Below are positions 20,423-30,512 of a DNA stretch of 53,453 bases, one piece after another. Origin of the DNA: Escherichia virus TH37; the sequence record MT446409.1; one strand, 5' to 3'. The position numbers and the translations under genes are program-made. The notes beneath the pieces are model-generated. The model was given only the letters and a program-made list of their open reading frames with translations. It was not told where the DNA came from and searched no databases. Within the stretch, counting starts at the first letter, position 1, and each line of letters opens with the position of its first letter.

Positions 20423-20835
20423 TTCTCCAATACACGAGCGGCAATTACAGAGAAGAATCCGGCATCTTCATAATCGTTTATTGCTATGACTTTATACTGA
20501 ATGCCATAAACAGTGATGATTGATTTCATCGGCATCTCAGTACGACTATGAATCTTCATGAATGATGGTTGACGCTCTCCAACATCTGTCGCTTTAAGCT
20601 GTTGACCAGCTACGCCAGAATCCCTGTCCCCATATGCAATAGGAGTACAGCGGAACTTCTTCGGAGGTTCCCAAGAATCTTCCACCCAATTATTAAGATT
20701 GTCGTAATGACCTTCTACATATACTGCAAGGGTAGGACGACCCGTGGTTGTGTATCTGTTGAAAGCTAAGCGTTGATTAATCAAAACTGGAACCCAGGAC
20801 TTACCCTCGGCCCAGCAAATGCCATGCGCCGCCAT
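20419..20835 (-). CDS. Hypothetical virion protein (head-tail joining candidate)
   Basis: 138 aa, overlaps neighbours by a few nt (translational coupling). Confidence 0.3.
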   Translation of the reverse strand: MAAHGICWAEGKSWVPVLINQRLAFNRYTTTGRPTLAVYVEGHYDNLNNWVEDSWEPPKKFRCTPIAYGDRDSGVAGQQLKATDVGERQPSFMKIHSRTEMPMKSIITVYGIQYKVIAINDYEDAGFFSVIAARVLEK

Positions 20836-21170
20836 TGCAAATAACGTTGACCGTACACGGTTGACATGAAATCAGCTTCGATATATGGAATAGTCGAAAT
20901 GATTCGGTCGCTGAACTCTACCTGTACATCGTCCACATCGGTACGACTTACAGGCATAGCTGGCATTGCGGCATCACCAGGCATTATGTCGTCAATTGTT
21001 GAAGACCAATGCGCGACAAGTGATGCCATAGCTGGGTCATAAAACCCACACCAACGCGATTCGATTGTACCCATAACAAGTTTTGCATCTTCAACTAAGA
21101 TATCAAAACGGCCTTGGGTCATGTCAGCCATAGCCGGATAACGTTTCACCAAATCGGTCAGTGTAATCAT
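20781..21170 (-). CDS. Hypothetical virion protein (head completion candidate)
   Basis: 129 aa co-oriented ORF. Confidence 0.3.
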   Translation of the reverse strand: MITLTDLVKRYPAMADMTQGRFDILVEDAKLVMGTIESRWCGFYDPAMASLVAHWSSTIDDIMPGDAAMPAMPVSRTDVDDVQVEFSDRIISTIPYIEADFMSTVYGQRYLQWRRMAFAGPRVSPGFQF

Positions 21171-21610
21171 TATGCCAACTTATCGTAGAGGGCCAGTTTA
21201 GCTTCTTCCGGCATATCTTTGATGTTCACGCCGTTAGCAACCAACACTTTATCAATGTCAGGCATACCAACTTTCACGCGTTCAACAATAGACAGGCTGC
21301 CAGCTTTGATAGCTTCTTTGACCAGGTTTACTTTACGAGTTTTACCCGTGGTGTAGTATTCCTTAATCACGAGTGCTTCTTTGCCAGACTTAACGTCAGC
21401 ACCGATGTTGGAGTCGTCCAGCTTAACTACTTCTTCACGCATCACTTCAACTTCAGTGACAGAAGAGGTAATTGCTTTATACACTTCATCATCAATTTCA
21501 ACAGTTGCACCGCCAGGAATGTGTACAAAATCCAGTACAGGTTTGCCAGATTTATCCTTCTTGTAGAAGAAGAATTGGAGGTTGCGAGTTTCGTTGTTCT
21601 TAAGCTGCAT
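21170..21610 (-). CDS. Hypothetical virion protein
   Basis: 146 aa directly after capsid gene. Confidence 0.3.
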   Translation of the reverse strand: MQLKNNETRNLQFFFYKKDKSGKPVLDFVHIPGGATVEIDDEVYKAITSSVTEVEVMREEVVKLDDSNIGADVKSGKEALVIKEYYTTGKTRKVNLVKEAIKAGSLSIVERVKVGMPDIDKVLVANGVNIKDMPEEAKLALYDKLA

Positions 21611-21628
21611 TACATTTCTCTTAAATTA

Positions 21629-21646
21629 GGCGAGATTTCTCCCGCC
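21629..21646 (-). terminator. Terminator-like hairpin just downstream of major capsid gene
   Basis: GGCGGGAGA-AA-TCTCGCC hairpin on minus strand followed by TAATTT. Confidence 0.35.
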
Positions 21647-21653
21647 ATCAGGA

Positions 21654-22661
21654 TTAAATACCGGAGTTGATGGAGATTGCTGCCGGATACATTGCCTGGA
21701 AGCCGGCGAAACGGCCACGACCAGGTACTTCATAAACCAGGCCATGCAGCTGAACTGGTTGCCAAGTTAACGGCAGCGGTTCACGCAGACGGAAGGTACG
21801 GTTGCCCATAGCTTCACGGCACACAACTACGAAGCAATCTGCACCAGAAGCACCGTGACCTTTGATTGCGTTCAGACCCTTGATTTTGTCGCGGGAGTTG
21901 ATGAACTGGTTGTTGTCAATGAAGAACTGACCGATAGTCTTGTCAGACTGCTCAGAACGTGCGGTGTTGAAGATGTACTGCTCATGCTCAACAGGCATCC
22001 AGATTTCAGAAGGACGCATGATTTTCAGAGTAGATGCGTACATTGCAGACACGGCAGTGGTCAGGTCAGCAATAACTTCGGTCGGAGTCTTCTCGTTCCA
22101 CTTAGTAGAATTGCTAGCACCCTGAGCAACAGTTGCTTTGGTAACGTCTGGGTTTTCGAAGAAGCCAACGAAGCCGTTAGCCTGGTCGCCGTACCATGCA
22201 GCGGAGTTAACATACTGCTCGTAACCACGAATCGCAGCATTTGCTTTACGAGTTTCCAGCGGCAGACCAGTTACAGCAGCAGATGCTACTTCATCAATGT
22301 CGTAGTCGAATGCAGTACCAACAGACTTAACTGTTACGCTGTATTCTTTACCAGAAATGCTGGACTTCGGCAGGTCGGTTGCACGGGCGTTGATTACCTG
22401 AGCTTTACCAACATGGTTGTATGAACGGTAGGTCAGCGTGTTAACACCAGCGCCGCCAGTAGTATCAACACCGAAAGCAGCACGAGCTTCCAGTTCAGGA
22501 TACAGGGTGTCGTAAGTTTGAGCTTCAATGAACTCAAGCTGACGTTGAAAGAACACTGCGTCGTCGTCATTCAAAACAACGGTGCCAGAGTCCTGGATAC
22601 GGGTGATGGCATCATTCAGTTCAAATTCAGAACCGTCGGCCAGTTTAATCATCTTTGGCAT
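21654..22661 (-). CDS. Major capsid protein
   Basis: 335 aa; position after scaffold and decoration-like genes, followed by hairpin; lambda gpE-like size. Confidence 0.6.
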   Translation of the reverse strand: MPKMIKLADGSEFELNDAITRIQDSGTVVLNDDDAVFFQRQLEFIEAQTYDTLYPELEARAAFGVDTTGGAGVNTLTYRSYNHVGKAQVINARATDLPKSSISGKEYSVTVKSVGTAFDYDIDEVASAAVTGLPLETRKANAAIRGYEQYVNSAAWYGDQANGFVGFFENPDVTKATVAQGASNSTKWNEKTPTEVIADLTTAVSAMYASTLKIMRPSEIWMPVEHEQYIFNTARSEQSDKTIGQFFIDNNQFINSRDKIKGLNAIKGHGASGADCFVVVCREAMGNRTFRLREPLPLTWQPVQLHGLVYEVPGRGRFAGFQAMYPAAISINSGI

Positions 22662-22705
22662 TAAATTTATTCCATTAGGCGCAGATTATTCTACGCCAAT
22701 TAAAC

Positions 22706-23472
22706 TTAAGGGTGCGTAATGGTGATTGCTTTAGTAGCAGTTACACCAGATGCAGTCTTATGAGTTGCTTTGATTGTTGCAGAGGTCGCAGTACCAATCG
22801 TCGCAGTTGCAACAGTTACAGTACCATTGGCCGCCACAGTTACTCCAGTGACCGCTGGGTCAACAGTGAAGTTGTAGTCACTTGCAACAGAGTTTGCAAA
22901 CGTAAACAGTTTATCAACAGTTACGGTAGCATTTGTAGTTGAAGCATCAGCAGTCACAGCCGCCGCTACCGCAGTAACGGTCGGTGTTGGAGGTGGCGTT
23001 ACGACTTTGGGACTACGTTAATCATGACCGGAACAACATCACCAGCAGCAGCCGGATAGCGAAGTGCAGTCAGGTTGGTTGCCTTAGTATAGCCAGCGCC
23101 AACACCACCAAATTGACCAGTGGCAGATACGCCAATGTCTTTATCGGTGATTGCAGTAACCAGTTTAACCATGATTGGGCCAGACAGCATAACACCCAGA
23201 GGCCAGCCAGCTTTGATTGCAACAGTGCCGTCACCAGGACGAGTTGCGGATTCGATGTTAATCTGGCGCATAGTAATGCCCAGAACAGTGCCGTCGGCTT
23301 CAATACCAGGCTTAACCTGATTAGAAGCAGTACCCTGAACAACAGCTAAACCAAAGTTAGCCATTTCAGTTTCAGCATTGAAAGTCAGGCGCTGAGAGTT
23401 AGTGGTAGCCAGGCCATATTGCTCACCCGCATATGCTGCACCAGTATTAATAGACCAATCTTGCTTTGGCAT
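22706..23472 (-). CDS. Frameshift-extended form of the decoration-like protein with C-terminal Ig-like (Big_2-type) domain, via -1 frameshift at 23002-23008
   Basis: C_CCA_AAG heptamer; -1 frame opens just after an in-frame TAA and runs ~98 Thr/Ala/Val-rich codons (TVTVDKLFTFANSVASDYNFTVDPAVTGVTV...) to 22706. Confidence 0.5.
22999..23472 (-). CDS. Putative head decoration/capsid accessory protein (short form)
   Basis: 157 aa immediately upstream of major capsid gene; ends ...VVPKS with CCCAAAG slippery site 2 codons before stop. Confidence 0.4.
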   Translation of the reverse strand: MPKQDWSINTGAAYAGEQYGLATTNSQRLTFNAETEMANFGLAVVQGTASNQVKPGIEADGTVLGITMRQINIESATRPGDGTVAIKAGWPLGVMLSGPIMVKLVTAITDKDIGVSATGQFGGVGAGYTKATNLTALRYPAAAGDVVPVMINVVPKS

Positions 23473-23481
23473 TGTCTTACC

Positions 23482-24432
23482 TTATAAAGAGTTGAAGCGT
23501 TCTAAACGACGTTTGTTAGCTTCTTCGGAAATAGAAACTTTAGGCTTACGAGCTTCTGAATCTTTCTGAGCAGTAAATTGCATAGATTGATTCAGGGCAT
23601 CGCCCAAAGTAATGGAATCACAATCTTCAAGTGCTGCATCGAAACGAGCGGAGATATAATCTTCACTCTTGTCGCTGAAATCCTTGTCATGCAATTTATT
23701 AACTACAGCCAACTTAACTTCCGAATCGGACTTGCCGGAGAAATCAAGACTGGAGAACTCGTCGCCAAGACGGGCCACATCAATGAGAAGTGCTGTACGA
23801 GCAACAACACGTTTGTCTACCTCAGCCTGAATGGCTTCATCGGATAGTCGTGCAGTTTCTGCATCAGCAAGTTTCTGCTCAAGGGTGTTAATCTTGTCAA
23901 GCGCTGCATCACGCTCTGCTTCAACAACATCAAAGGTTGCCTTATCAACAATGGAAATCTCTTCACCAGAGTCACCAATGCGAGTAGTCTGAGCACGACC
24001 ACGAACAACAATTGCAGCATGGTTAGGGATAATACGAACTTTGTCGAAGTCTGCATCAGCATCTTCTGCAACAGCCAATTCTGCATTATGGCCTAGGGAG
24101 ATTTGGTCAACACCAGAATCAACTAGTCGAATAGCTTGCTCGTCATTCAAAACGATTGATGCAGCCAAGAAAGAGCCGTCTGCAATTGGACGACCTTCAA
24201 TAAACCCTTTCTGGAGTTCTTTGTTGTTCTTGATATTGACGTCATCTTTTGGATGACCGATAGTAACCGGAATTGAACGACAACCTTCAATGGTTGCTTC
24301 ATCAAATAATACTTCCGGCTTGGTGCGAACACGGCAAATAGATTCTGGGTCCAGATGTTTTGCAATCTCACCAAGTTCTTTCGCTTTGTACAGCATAATG
24401 CCAGTACGAGCGATGGTGCATTCTGCAATCAT
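23482..24432 (-). CDS. Putative scaffold / prohead protease-like protein (start uncertain)
   Basis: Long acidic coiled-coil-like ORF between portal and capsid genes; the listed ORF start at 24720 overlaps portal by 205 nt, so an internal ATG at 24432 is proposed. Confidence 0.35.
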   Translation of the reverse strand: MIAECTIARTGIMLYKAKELGEIAKHLDPESICRVRTKPEVLFDEATIEGCRSIPVTIGHPKDDVNIKNNKELQKGFIEGRPIADGSFLAASIVLNDEQAIRLVDSGVDQISLGHNAELAVAEDADADFDKVRIIPNHAAIVVRGRAQTTRIGDSGEEISIVDKATFDVVEAERDAALDKINTLEQKLADAETARLSDEAIQAEVDKRVVARTALLIDVARLGDEFSSLDFSGKSDSEVKLAVVNKLHDKDFSDKSEDYISARFDAALEDCDSITLGDALNQSMQFTAQKDSEARKPKVSISEEANKRRLERFNSL

Positions 24433-24514
24433 TTCGCCAGAGTCACGTAAACGACGGGTCGTCAGAGTAGCTTTGTCGGTTAACAAAACTACTTCATTCA
24501 CGGTATCTTCGTCG

Positions 24515-25831
24515 TTAAGCTGAACCAGGTTTTGGCTTTGCTTCACTTGCGTTACCCTTTTGGATGTTAGGAGGTTTAGGATTTGGCTTTCCGAGGTCAC
24601 AAGTTCCGAACACGCCCGAATGGAACATGACTTCGTTTGCAACTTCTGTAGTAATGGTTCCATTGTTAACCAACAGGTCAACAGCGAATGCCAAATCTTT
24701 AGCTCGCTTCGCTTTCTCAACGTTGGATTCAGGGAAGATATCTAACCATTCATAGTCATATTCTTCAATGCCAAAGTGCGCCTGGACAATCTTATCTACC
24801 ACATCTAAACGTGGGTCAAAGACAGAAGTCTGCAAGCCTGTCAACAAGTCGATATAGTTTACGAGGTCAGATTCGCCCGTAGCATTCATACCGTCTGGAG
24901 ATGCAGAAAGGAAACGTGTAGCCGGAATACCAACTGCGGCAGCAACTATCTTTAAGTATTCCCAAATCAAATCTTTCACACCAGATAGTGCAATTGACTT
25001 GGTATCATACTTCTCAGTGTTGTCGAGAATTAAGACGTTGTAAATACTTTTAGCCAGCTTCATTAGTTTGAAGCGCTTCATCACAGCAGCTTCACCTTCC
25101 GGTGATGTAAGCAGAGATTGTAAGCCTTCTACAGTTACCACATCAATTGTGGCTTCTTGAGCAAGGCTGGCAGCAGCAGCAGCAGTTGTATAGAATTGGT
25201 CAATCGTTTTCAGCAGTGGAATAAGTACCGAATCGGAATACCACATGTTACGTTGGAATTCGAACAGCGGCAGTTCAGTACCCTCGAACCGAAGGAAACG
25301 AGTGTAGTGGATATAGCCGGGATACCCCGCCAAAGTGTAAAACTCTGGCAAACCATAATGAGGACTCAGAGGGTCCAACACCATAGTTCCTGCGGCAAAT
25401 AAGCGTGAGCGGTCAATAACTCTCATGGATTTAATACATCCAGTCTTCAAGTTATCCAGACGCAATGGTGTATCAAGTTTACCCGTCCCTTTTAGGTCGA
25501 GCAGAACAAACGAAGTCCCATACAATCTGGCCCATTGATACGCCTCACGGAACAGCTTACGAATACGAAGTTTCTTATCCGCTTTGCGTCCTTCTTCGGT
25601 ATCAATATGCCGCCACTTACGCGTCATATCTTGAGGAATAACGGTACACACTTTCTGTGCCACCCAATCCTCACGGAAGCGGTTCATAAGTTCGCGATAG
25701 TTCGCGTTCTTGTTTGAGAAAGTCCACTGGTTAAAAGTAGACTTATCTGCCTGACCGCCCAACCCCGTTACAAGGTTTTCTAACCCATCTGCAACTTTAA
25801 CAGAGAGATTATTTTTCTTCTTGGAAGTCAT
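24515..25831 (-). CDS. Portal protein
   Basis: 438 aa directly downstream of terminase large subunit; size and position. Confidence 0.55.
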   Translation of the reverse strand: MTSKKKNNLSVKVADGLENLVTGLGGQADKSTFNQWTFSNKNANYRELMNRFREDWVAQKVCTVIPQDMTRKWRHIDTEEGRKADKKLRIRKLFREAYQWARLYGTSFVLLDLKGTGKLDTPLRLDNLKTGCIKSMRVIDRSRLFAAGTMVLDPLSPHYGLPEFYTLAGYPGYIHYTRFLRFEGTELPLFEFQRNMWYSDSVLIPLLKTIDQFYTTAAAAASLAQEATIDVVTVEGLQSLLTSPEGEAAVMKRFKLMKLAKSIYNVLILDNTEKYDTKSIALSGVKDLIWEYLKIVAAAVGIPATRFLSASPDGMNATGESDLVNYIDLLTGLQTSVFDPRLDVVDKIVQAHFGIEEYDYEWLDIFPESNVEKAKRAKDLAFAVDLLVNNGTITTEVANEVMFHSGVFGTCDLGKPNPKPPNIQKGNASEAKPKPGSA

Positions 25832-26055
25832 TATTTCTTCCTTAGAACAGTTCCATTACCCTTAACAATTTGAATGTTGTCGGAGGTGTGGAGTCGCAGA
25901 TTTGACTCGTGTTTTAATTTAACACAGTCACTCTCTGTGGTAGAAACTGCCTCAATCACACACAAAATGTTCCCTTCCAAATCTTGAATCTGGAGGGAGT
26001 TGTTCTTGCGTGAGCGGGCATCTAAGCGAGTGATAACCGCCATATTTACATCCAT
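25831..26055 (-). CDS. Hypothetical protein
   Basis: 74 aa between terminase and portal genes. Confidence 0.3.
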   Translation of the reverse strand: MDVNMAVITRLDARSRKNNSLQIQDLEGNILCVIEAVSTTESDCVKLKHESNLRLHTSDNIQIVKGNGTVLRKK

Positions 26056-28091
26056 GCCGAGTAGTTGGCACTTGGGCCTGAGAATTCGATTGCAACCATA
26101 TCTGAAACGTTATCGACACAATCGTCGTGTCCAGTACCACTACCCAAAGAAGTGAATCCAAGTATTTCACGTCTAACGTGGTCAATGTGTTCATGACCAG
26201 CAGGGAAGAATATCCTCTTTTGGGAGAAATATGGGATTGCGTTAAGGAATCGAGTTACCTTGTCATTACCGTTAATGCCATCACGAGGCAGTGGTAAAAC
26301 TCGGACACTCCCATCTCTAATAAATTGTTGGTTTAAGAATTGTCCAGCAGACTTATCTTCCATGTACAAAGCACGAGGAATACAGCCTACAGATTTCAAA
26401 TCCAACTTGTTGCATTTGTTCCAGAAGTCGATGATAGCAGTCTTGAGTTCTGGAGTTTCAAACTTGCCGAGCATGATATCTAAACAATATACATCACGCT
26501 CTTTAGTCACGCCCCAATGCTTAAGGACCGAATAGTCAGAATAAGACTTGGCAGTTGATGCCGTGTCAGCAGTGATGAAACTTCTAACTATGCGACTTCT
26601 GTCGAAAGCGTCTGGCTCATACTCTTGCCACCAATCTTCTTTAACAAGGCCATGACCTTGAGCAGATGGGTCGCCAGCATACTGTGAATTGTATGTGTAT
26701 GGGTTCGACTCTTTCATTGCCTCCAGAGATTCTAAACTCTTACGTGAAGGCCACAATGCAGACTTCTCTTCTTTCCTGTTCAAATCATAGAGAATAGGGA
26801 TAGCATGAGTGTAGTTCTGCTTCTTAATTAATTTGTCGTACCACTGAGCACTGCCAACACCTTTCTCAATAATCGCTGGGATATTGAGATAATGGTATTT
26901 ATCGGAGGAACCACCACGGAGTATATAACCAACTAAATCTTGGTCATGAACTCGCTGCATGATGATAACCATTGGAGTACGTGAGCACTTGATTTGGTTT
27001 CCACGCGAATCGGTTATGCACCCATCATTGGCAAGACGGGACATAAAGGTGTTATCAAATCGGTCGTTGATTTCTGCTCGAACTGTGTCGGAGTAGGCAT
27101 CCTTCGGCTTGATAACGTCATCCACCACAAAGCAACCAGAGTAGTTTGCAACGAGAAGTCCAGCACCTTTACCAGTCAGCTTACCGCCAGTAGGTACTGC
27201 GTGCATAACTCCAGCTTTGGTCGTACCCCAGCGTTCAAGAGAACGTTTGTTTGGGTCGATTCTCACCTTCGGGAATATACGTTGGAACAGTGGGTCCATC
27301 ATCACAGCACGAATGTAACCACTCGATTCAAGAACAACGTCTTCTGCATACGAGGTGATAATGTTATGGCTTGATTCATTGTGGCAAAATGAATACAAGG
27401 GCAATGCAATACTCATAAGCTGGGTCTTAGAGTGTCGTGGGGGAATGGTCACTATTAAGCGGTCAATCTCGCCATCAACAACCTTCTGGCCAACACTGAA
27501 TATTACATCGTGAAAGTCTTGTGCTTGAAATGGAAATCCCATCTGAATATGGAACTGCCATTTACCAAAGGCTTCGAAACTTTTCATCAAGATTTTGCGA
27601 ACACGTTCTGCAACCTTGGCAGGGATTACAGTTGGGTCCACGTTATGTGGGTCATGCAGAATCTTGTCTACAAGTTCGTCGGTGTTATCATGTTCCGAGT
27701 TTGGCTCCTCCAATGTGGAACCTGCAACACGGTCAGTAACACCTGCTTGAATACCTTTCTTCAACTCGTCGGCATACGCAGTCGAGTCTTTCTTGTCGCC
27801 AGAGCGAAGACGCTCAAGTTGTGCTCTGAAAACGGAACGCAATACAGCATCGTTTTCAAGACCCTGGCCTTCTAACTCTGCTTGAATTTGTTCTTCATAG
27901 CTGTCAACTATCGCAGAGTTTTCTGAAATATATCGACGGAGCAATGGCAAAGATAGAATGCAGAATCTTTCTCTTGAGACTTTTAAAACGTCACCGTAGT
28001 GTTTGGCCAGATACGTGGCAATAGTATCGTCAAACTCGGGTCCAAGATTTTCAGTCTTTGACATTGATTCGTTCTCTTTGGTTTTAATCAC
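26046..28091 (-). CDS. Terminase large subunit
   Basis: 681 aa; deviant Walker A (PPRHSKTQ), Walker B-like CFVVDD, C-terminal acidic nuclease-like region; precedes portal. Confidence 0.6.
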   Translation of the reverse strand: MIKTKENESMSKTENLGPEFDDTIATYLAKHYGDVLKVSRERFCILSLPLLRRYISENSAIVDSYEEQIQAELEGQGLENDAVLRSVFRAQLERLRSGDKKDSTAYADELKKGIQAGVTDRVAGSTLEEPNSEHDNTDELVDKILHDPHNVDPTVIPAKVAERVRKILMKSFEAFGKWQFHIQMGFPFQAQDFHDVIFSVGQKVVDGEIDRLIVTIPPRHSKTQLMSIALPLYSFCHNESSHNIITSYAEDVVLESSGYIRAVMMDPLFQRIFPKVRIDPNKRSLERWGTTKAGVMHAVPTGGKLTGKGAGLLVANYSGCFVVDDVIKPKDAYSDTVRAEINDRFDNTFMSRLANDGCITDSRGNQIKCSRTPMVIIMQRVHDQDLVGYILRGGSSDKYHYLNIPAIIEKGVGSAQWYDKLIKKQNYTHAIPILYDLNRKEEKSALWPSRKSLESLEAMKESNPYTYNSQYAGDPSAQGHGLVKEDWWQEYEPDAFDRSRIVRSFITADTASTAKSYSDYSVLKHWGVTKERDVYCLDIMLGKFETPELKTAIIDFWNKCNKLDLKSVGCIPRALYMEDKSAGQFLNQQFIRDGSVRVLPLPRDGINGNDKVTRFLNAIPYFSQKRIFFPAGHEHIDHVRREILGFTSLGSGTGHDDCVDNVSDMVAIEFSGPSANYSAWM

Positions 28092-28269
28092 AATCCACTA
28101 ATGGCTGAGTTTGCACGGGATTGATGCGAATGATGTTGCCCAAACTAGAATCGGCCTTTAAATACAGGCGGTTTAGTGGCATGTATGAATCACAGATAGG
28201 ACATTGTTGGGTGATGAAATCATCCTCTGCCACTTCATAATGGCAGTTACTACATTGAATTGTGCGCAT
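28084..28269 (-). CDS. Small zinc-ribbon protein
   Basis: 61 aa with CSNC...CPIC. Confidence 0.35.
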   Translation of the reverse strand: MRTIQCSNCHYEVAEDDFITQQCPICDSYMPLNRLYLKADSSLGNIIRINPVQTQPLVDCD

Positions 28270-28323
28270 AAGCGACTCCGAATAAGATAGGAGGCCAGAT
28301 AGCCTCCCTATTATGCGTGCCGC

Positions 28324-28653
28324 TTAATATTTAATATCGCTCCAATCCATATCTTTAAAGAAGTCTTCAAGATATTGTTGGGTAGAACCAACAACCACCA
28401 CAACCTTAAATGGCAGTATTAGCGGCTTTACAGCCGACATTAAATCTTCGCGCCCACGCTTGATACGTTCGACGTTCTTGATTGTATTTTCACCACGAGG
28501 AAGCATGAAAACGATAACATCCGCACCTGTTTCATTGCGCGTTGCAAGTGCACGGGTGAGATAAGTACCACCGCCAGTTGAAGTGACGGTGGATTTCAAA
28601 TATGCAAACTTGACTTTGCGATTATTTACAACAACAGGTGAGGACAGTTTCAT
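28324..28653 (-). CDS. Hypothetical protein (possible Rossmann-like nucleotide-binding fold)
   Basis: 109 aa; next to dUTPase. Confidence 0.3.
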   Translation of the reverse strand: MKLSSPVVVNNRKVKFAYLKSTVTSTGGGTYLTRALATRNETGADVIVFMLPRGENTIKNVERIKRGREDLMSAVKPLILPFKVVVVVGSTQQYLEDFFKDMDWSDIKY

Positions 28654-28682
28654 TCAGATAGGTTCCAAATAGTTACTAATTA

Positions 28683-29135
28683 CTAAACTCGTCCAGTTGA
28701 ACCAAGCCCACCTTCACCACGAACAGTGGAATTTAAGTGGTCAACTTCAACGAAATGGTGTTGAGTAGCTTTACTAACTTGCACTTGACAAACACGTTCG
28801 CCTGGTTGAATAACAAAGGCTGTGTCCGAGTCGTTGTGCAGCTTAACCATAAGATTACCGCGATAGTCGGAATCCAGAATGCCTGTGCAGTTTGCAAGGC
28901 GAATACCAGACTTAAAGCCGTGACCAGAACGGCTATGCACTTTGAGTTCGTATCCAATTGGTACTTCGAACTGGAGGCCAGTATCGACAACAACAGAAGA
29001 GCCGGGATTGATAACAACAGTGGTATCGGATACAGTACAAACATCAGCAGCAGCAGCACCAGCAGTAGCGTACACAGGTAATTTCGCATTAGGATGCACT
29101 CGTTTAACTGCAACAACTTGGGTCATACAAGACAT
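28683..29135 (-). CDS. dut: dUTP pyrophosphatase (dUTPase)
   Basis: 150 aa collinear with E. coli Dut: PVYATAGAAAADV, GILDSDYRGNLMV, IQPGERVCQ, RGEGGLGSTG. Confidence 0.9.
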   Translation of the reverse strand: MSCMTQVVAVKRVHPNAKLPVYATAGAAAADVCTVSDTTVVINPGSSVVVDTGLQFEVPIGYELKVHSRSGHGFKSGIRLANCTGILDSDYRGNLMVKLHNDSDTAFVIQPGERVCQVQVSKATQHHFVEVDHLNSTVRGEGGLGSTGRV

Positions 29136-29137
29136 GA

Positions 29138-29779
29138 TTATTTCTCTACTTGATAAGTTACGCGTTCAATCCAGTTGAACACTTTGAATACAGAATCACC
29201 CACTTTACCATCAACTAAATGCTCGTCCACTGTTACGCGGGTAGGTGTGTCTGGGAGGTTGATGTATCTGCGAGAATCGCCCGTGAAATCAAAACCATCA
29301 CGATGCAAACGCACAATGAGGACAAAATCATAAGCAGACTCAATGGCAACGACTTCATCACCAAAACCGCCATCGGGATAAATGACATTAATAATGCCAC
29401 CCATACGCCCCGCGAGTTCTTCAACACAAGCAGCTTCAACCTTACCGAAGTAGTCTTGTCCGTGGCGAGGTTTATACACGTCTTCGCTAACGTGAATAAG
29501 AGCCTGACGAGGTGTTCTGCCACCAAGACCTGCAAGGGAGATAGAGTCTTTGAGGTCACGGTCCGAAGCGTAGTGAATAAACTTGTCCACATCAACTTGA
29601 AAGTGTTTGGCAGTATGCTCATACAGTGCATCCTTAAACTGGTGTTTAGTGAATCGGCGCTTACCGAGAAAGTATGATTCCTCAGCAGCAACTATCTTGT
29701 TGGCAATTGTATCTTTACCACAGCCAGGTGGGCCATTAAGAATGACAGCTAAACGCTTAATCAAAACTTTCCTCACTCT
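29138..29779 (-). CDS. P-loop nucleotide/deoxynucleotide kinase (start uncertain, likely GTG/TTG near 29767-29779)
   Basis: Walker A LNGPPGCGKDT; listed ORF start overlaps the ligase gene, so a near-cognate start is proposed. Confidence 0.55.
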   Translation of the reverse strand, partial: RVRKVLIKRLAVILNGPPGCGKDTIANKIVAAEESYFLGKRRFTKHQFKDALYEHTAKHFQVDVDKFIHYASDRDLKDSISLAGLGGRTPRQALIHVSEDVYKPRHGQDYFGKVEAACVEELAGRMGGIINVIYPDGGFGDEVVAIESAYDFVLIVRLHRDGFDFTGDSRRYINLPDTPTRVTVDEHLVDGKVGDSVFKVFNWIERVTYQVEK

Positions 29780-30512
29780 TGTCTGTGCGAAGACGTACCA
29801 AAGAAGGGAAGCGGAATTTGCCAGCTTCTGTCTTCTCACGATATCGAACTTGCATAATCGAACCAACTAGCTCGTTACGATGTTCCCACAACCACTTGCG
29901 GATTTCAGTGTTTGATTCTGGAATACCGTGGTCTGCCAGACAATCTTTCACCATTGAGCCAGCACTGCCGTAGTTAGAGGATATAGAGCCACACATACCT
30001 TTGAGAGCACCAGTACCTTCTTTCATACCAGTAATCTTCACATCGGCGTATTTGTATGGTACAATCTTCCACCACTTACCTTTTGCATCACGGACAATGA
30101 TACCTTCATGACCAAGCGCCAGATATTTATCCATCAATGCCTTAAGGTTTTCATTGCTTGGGTCTTTGCACCAGCCGATGTACAGGCGTGGGTCAACAGC
30201 ACCATCGCTCAACTCATACACATTGTCCTGGGTTAGAGGGATGCTTGGCGGGTCAATACGTCCGAGGATGCTAGAAGTCTCATTCCAACTATTACGGAAT
30301 ATCTCAGCATCTCTGAACTGTAAGTGGTCCAAATGAGGTAGGGGTTTGGAATTACGACTCCAGACACTACCTGATTTATTACGGATAGCTCGAATTCCGT
30401 CAATCTTGATGAAGAGTTCACAGCGCCCTTTGATTCGGCAGTCTGGGTCTTCCCAATCATGTGCGTGAGCCTTTGTGTATCTTGTACCATCATCGAGGAG
30501 CTTAATAGACAT
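29757..30512 (-). CDS. Minimal ATP-dependent DNA ligase
   Basis: 251 aa with adenylation motif I ELFIKIDGIRA (KxDG). Confidence 0.7.
   Translation of the reverse strand: MSIKLLDDGTRYTKAHAHDWEDPDCRIKGRCELFIKIDGIRAIRNKSGSVWSRNSKPLPHLDHLQFRDAEIFRNSWNETSSILGRIDPPSIPLTQDNVYELSDGAVDPRLYIGWCKDPSNENLKALMDKYLALGHEGIIVRDAKGKWWKIVPYKYADVKITGMKEGTGALKGMCGSISSNYGSAGSMVKDCLADHGIPESNTEIRKWLWEHRNELVGSIMQVRYREKTEAGKFRFPSLVRLRTDKSEESFD

Noticed and set aside
23482-24720. Full 412-aa ORF as the scaffold gene
   Set aside because: Its first ~95 codons overlap the portal gene in another frame with no SD; an internal start is more likely, though not verified
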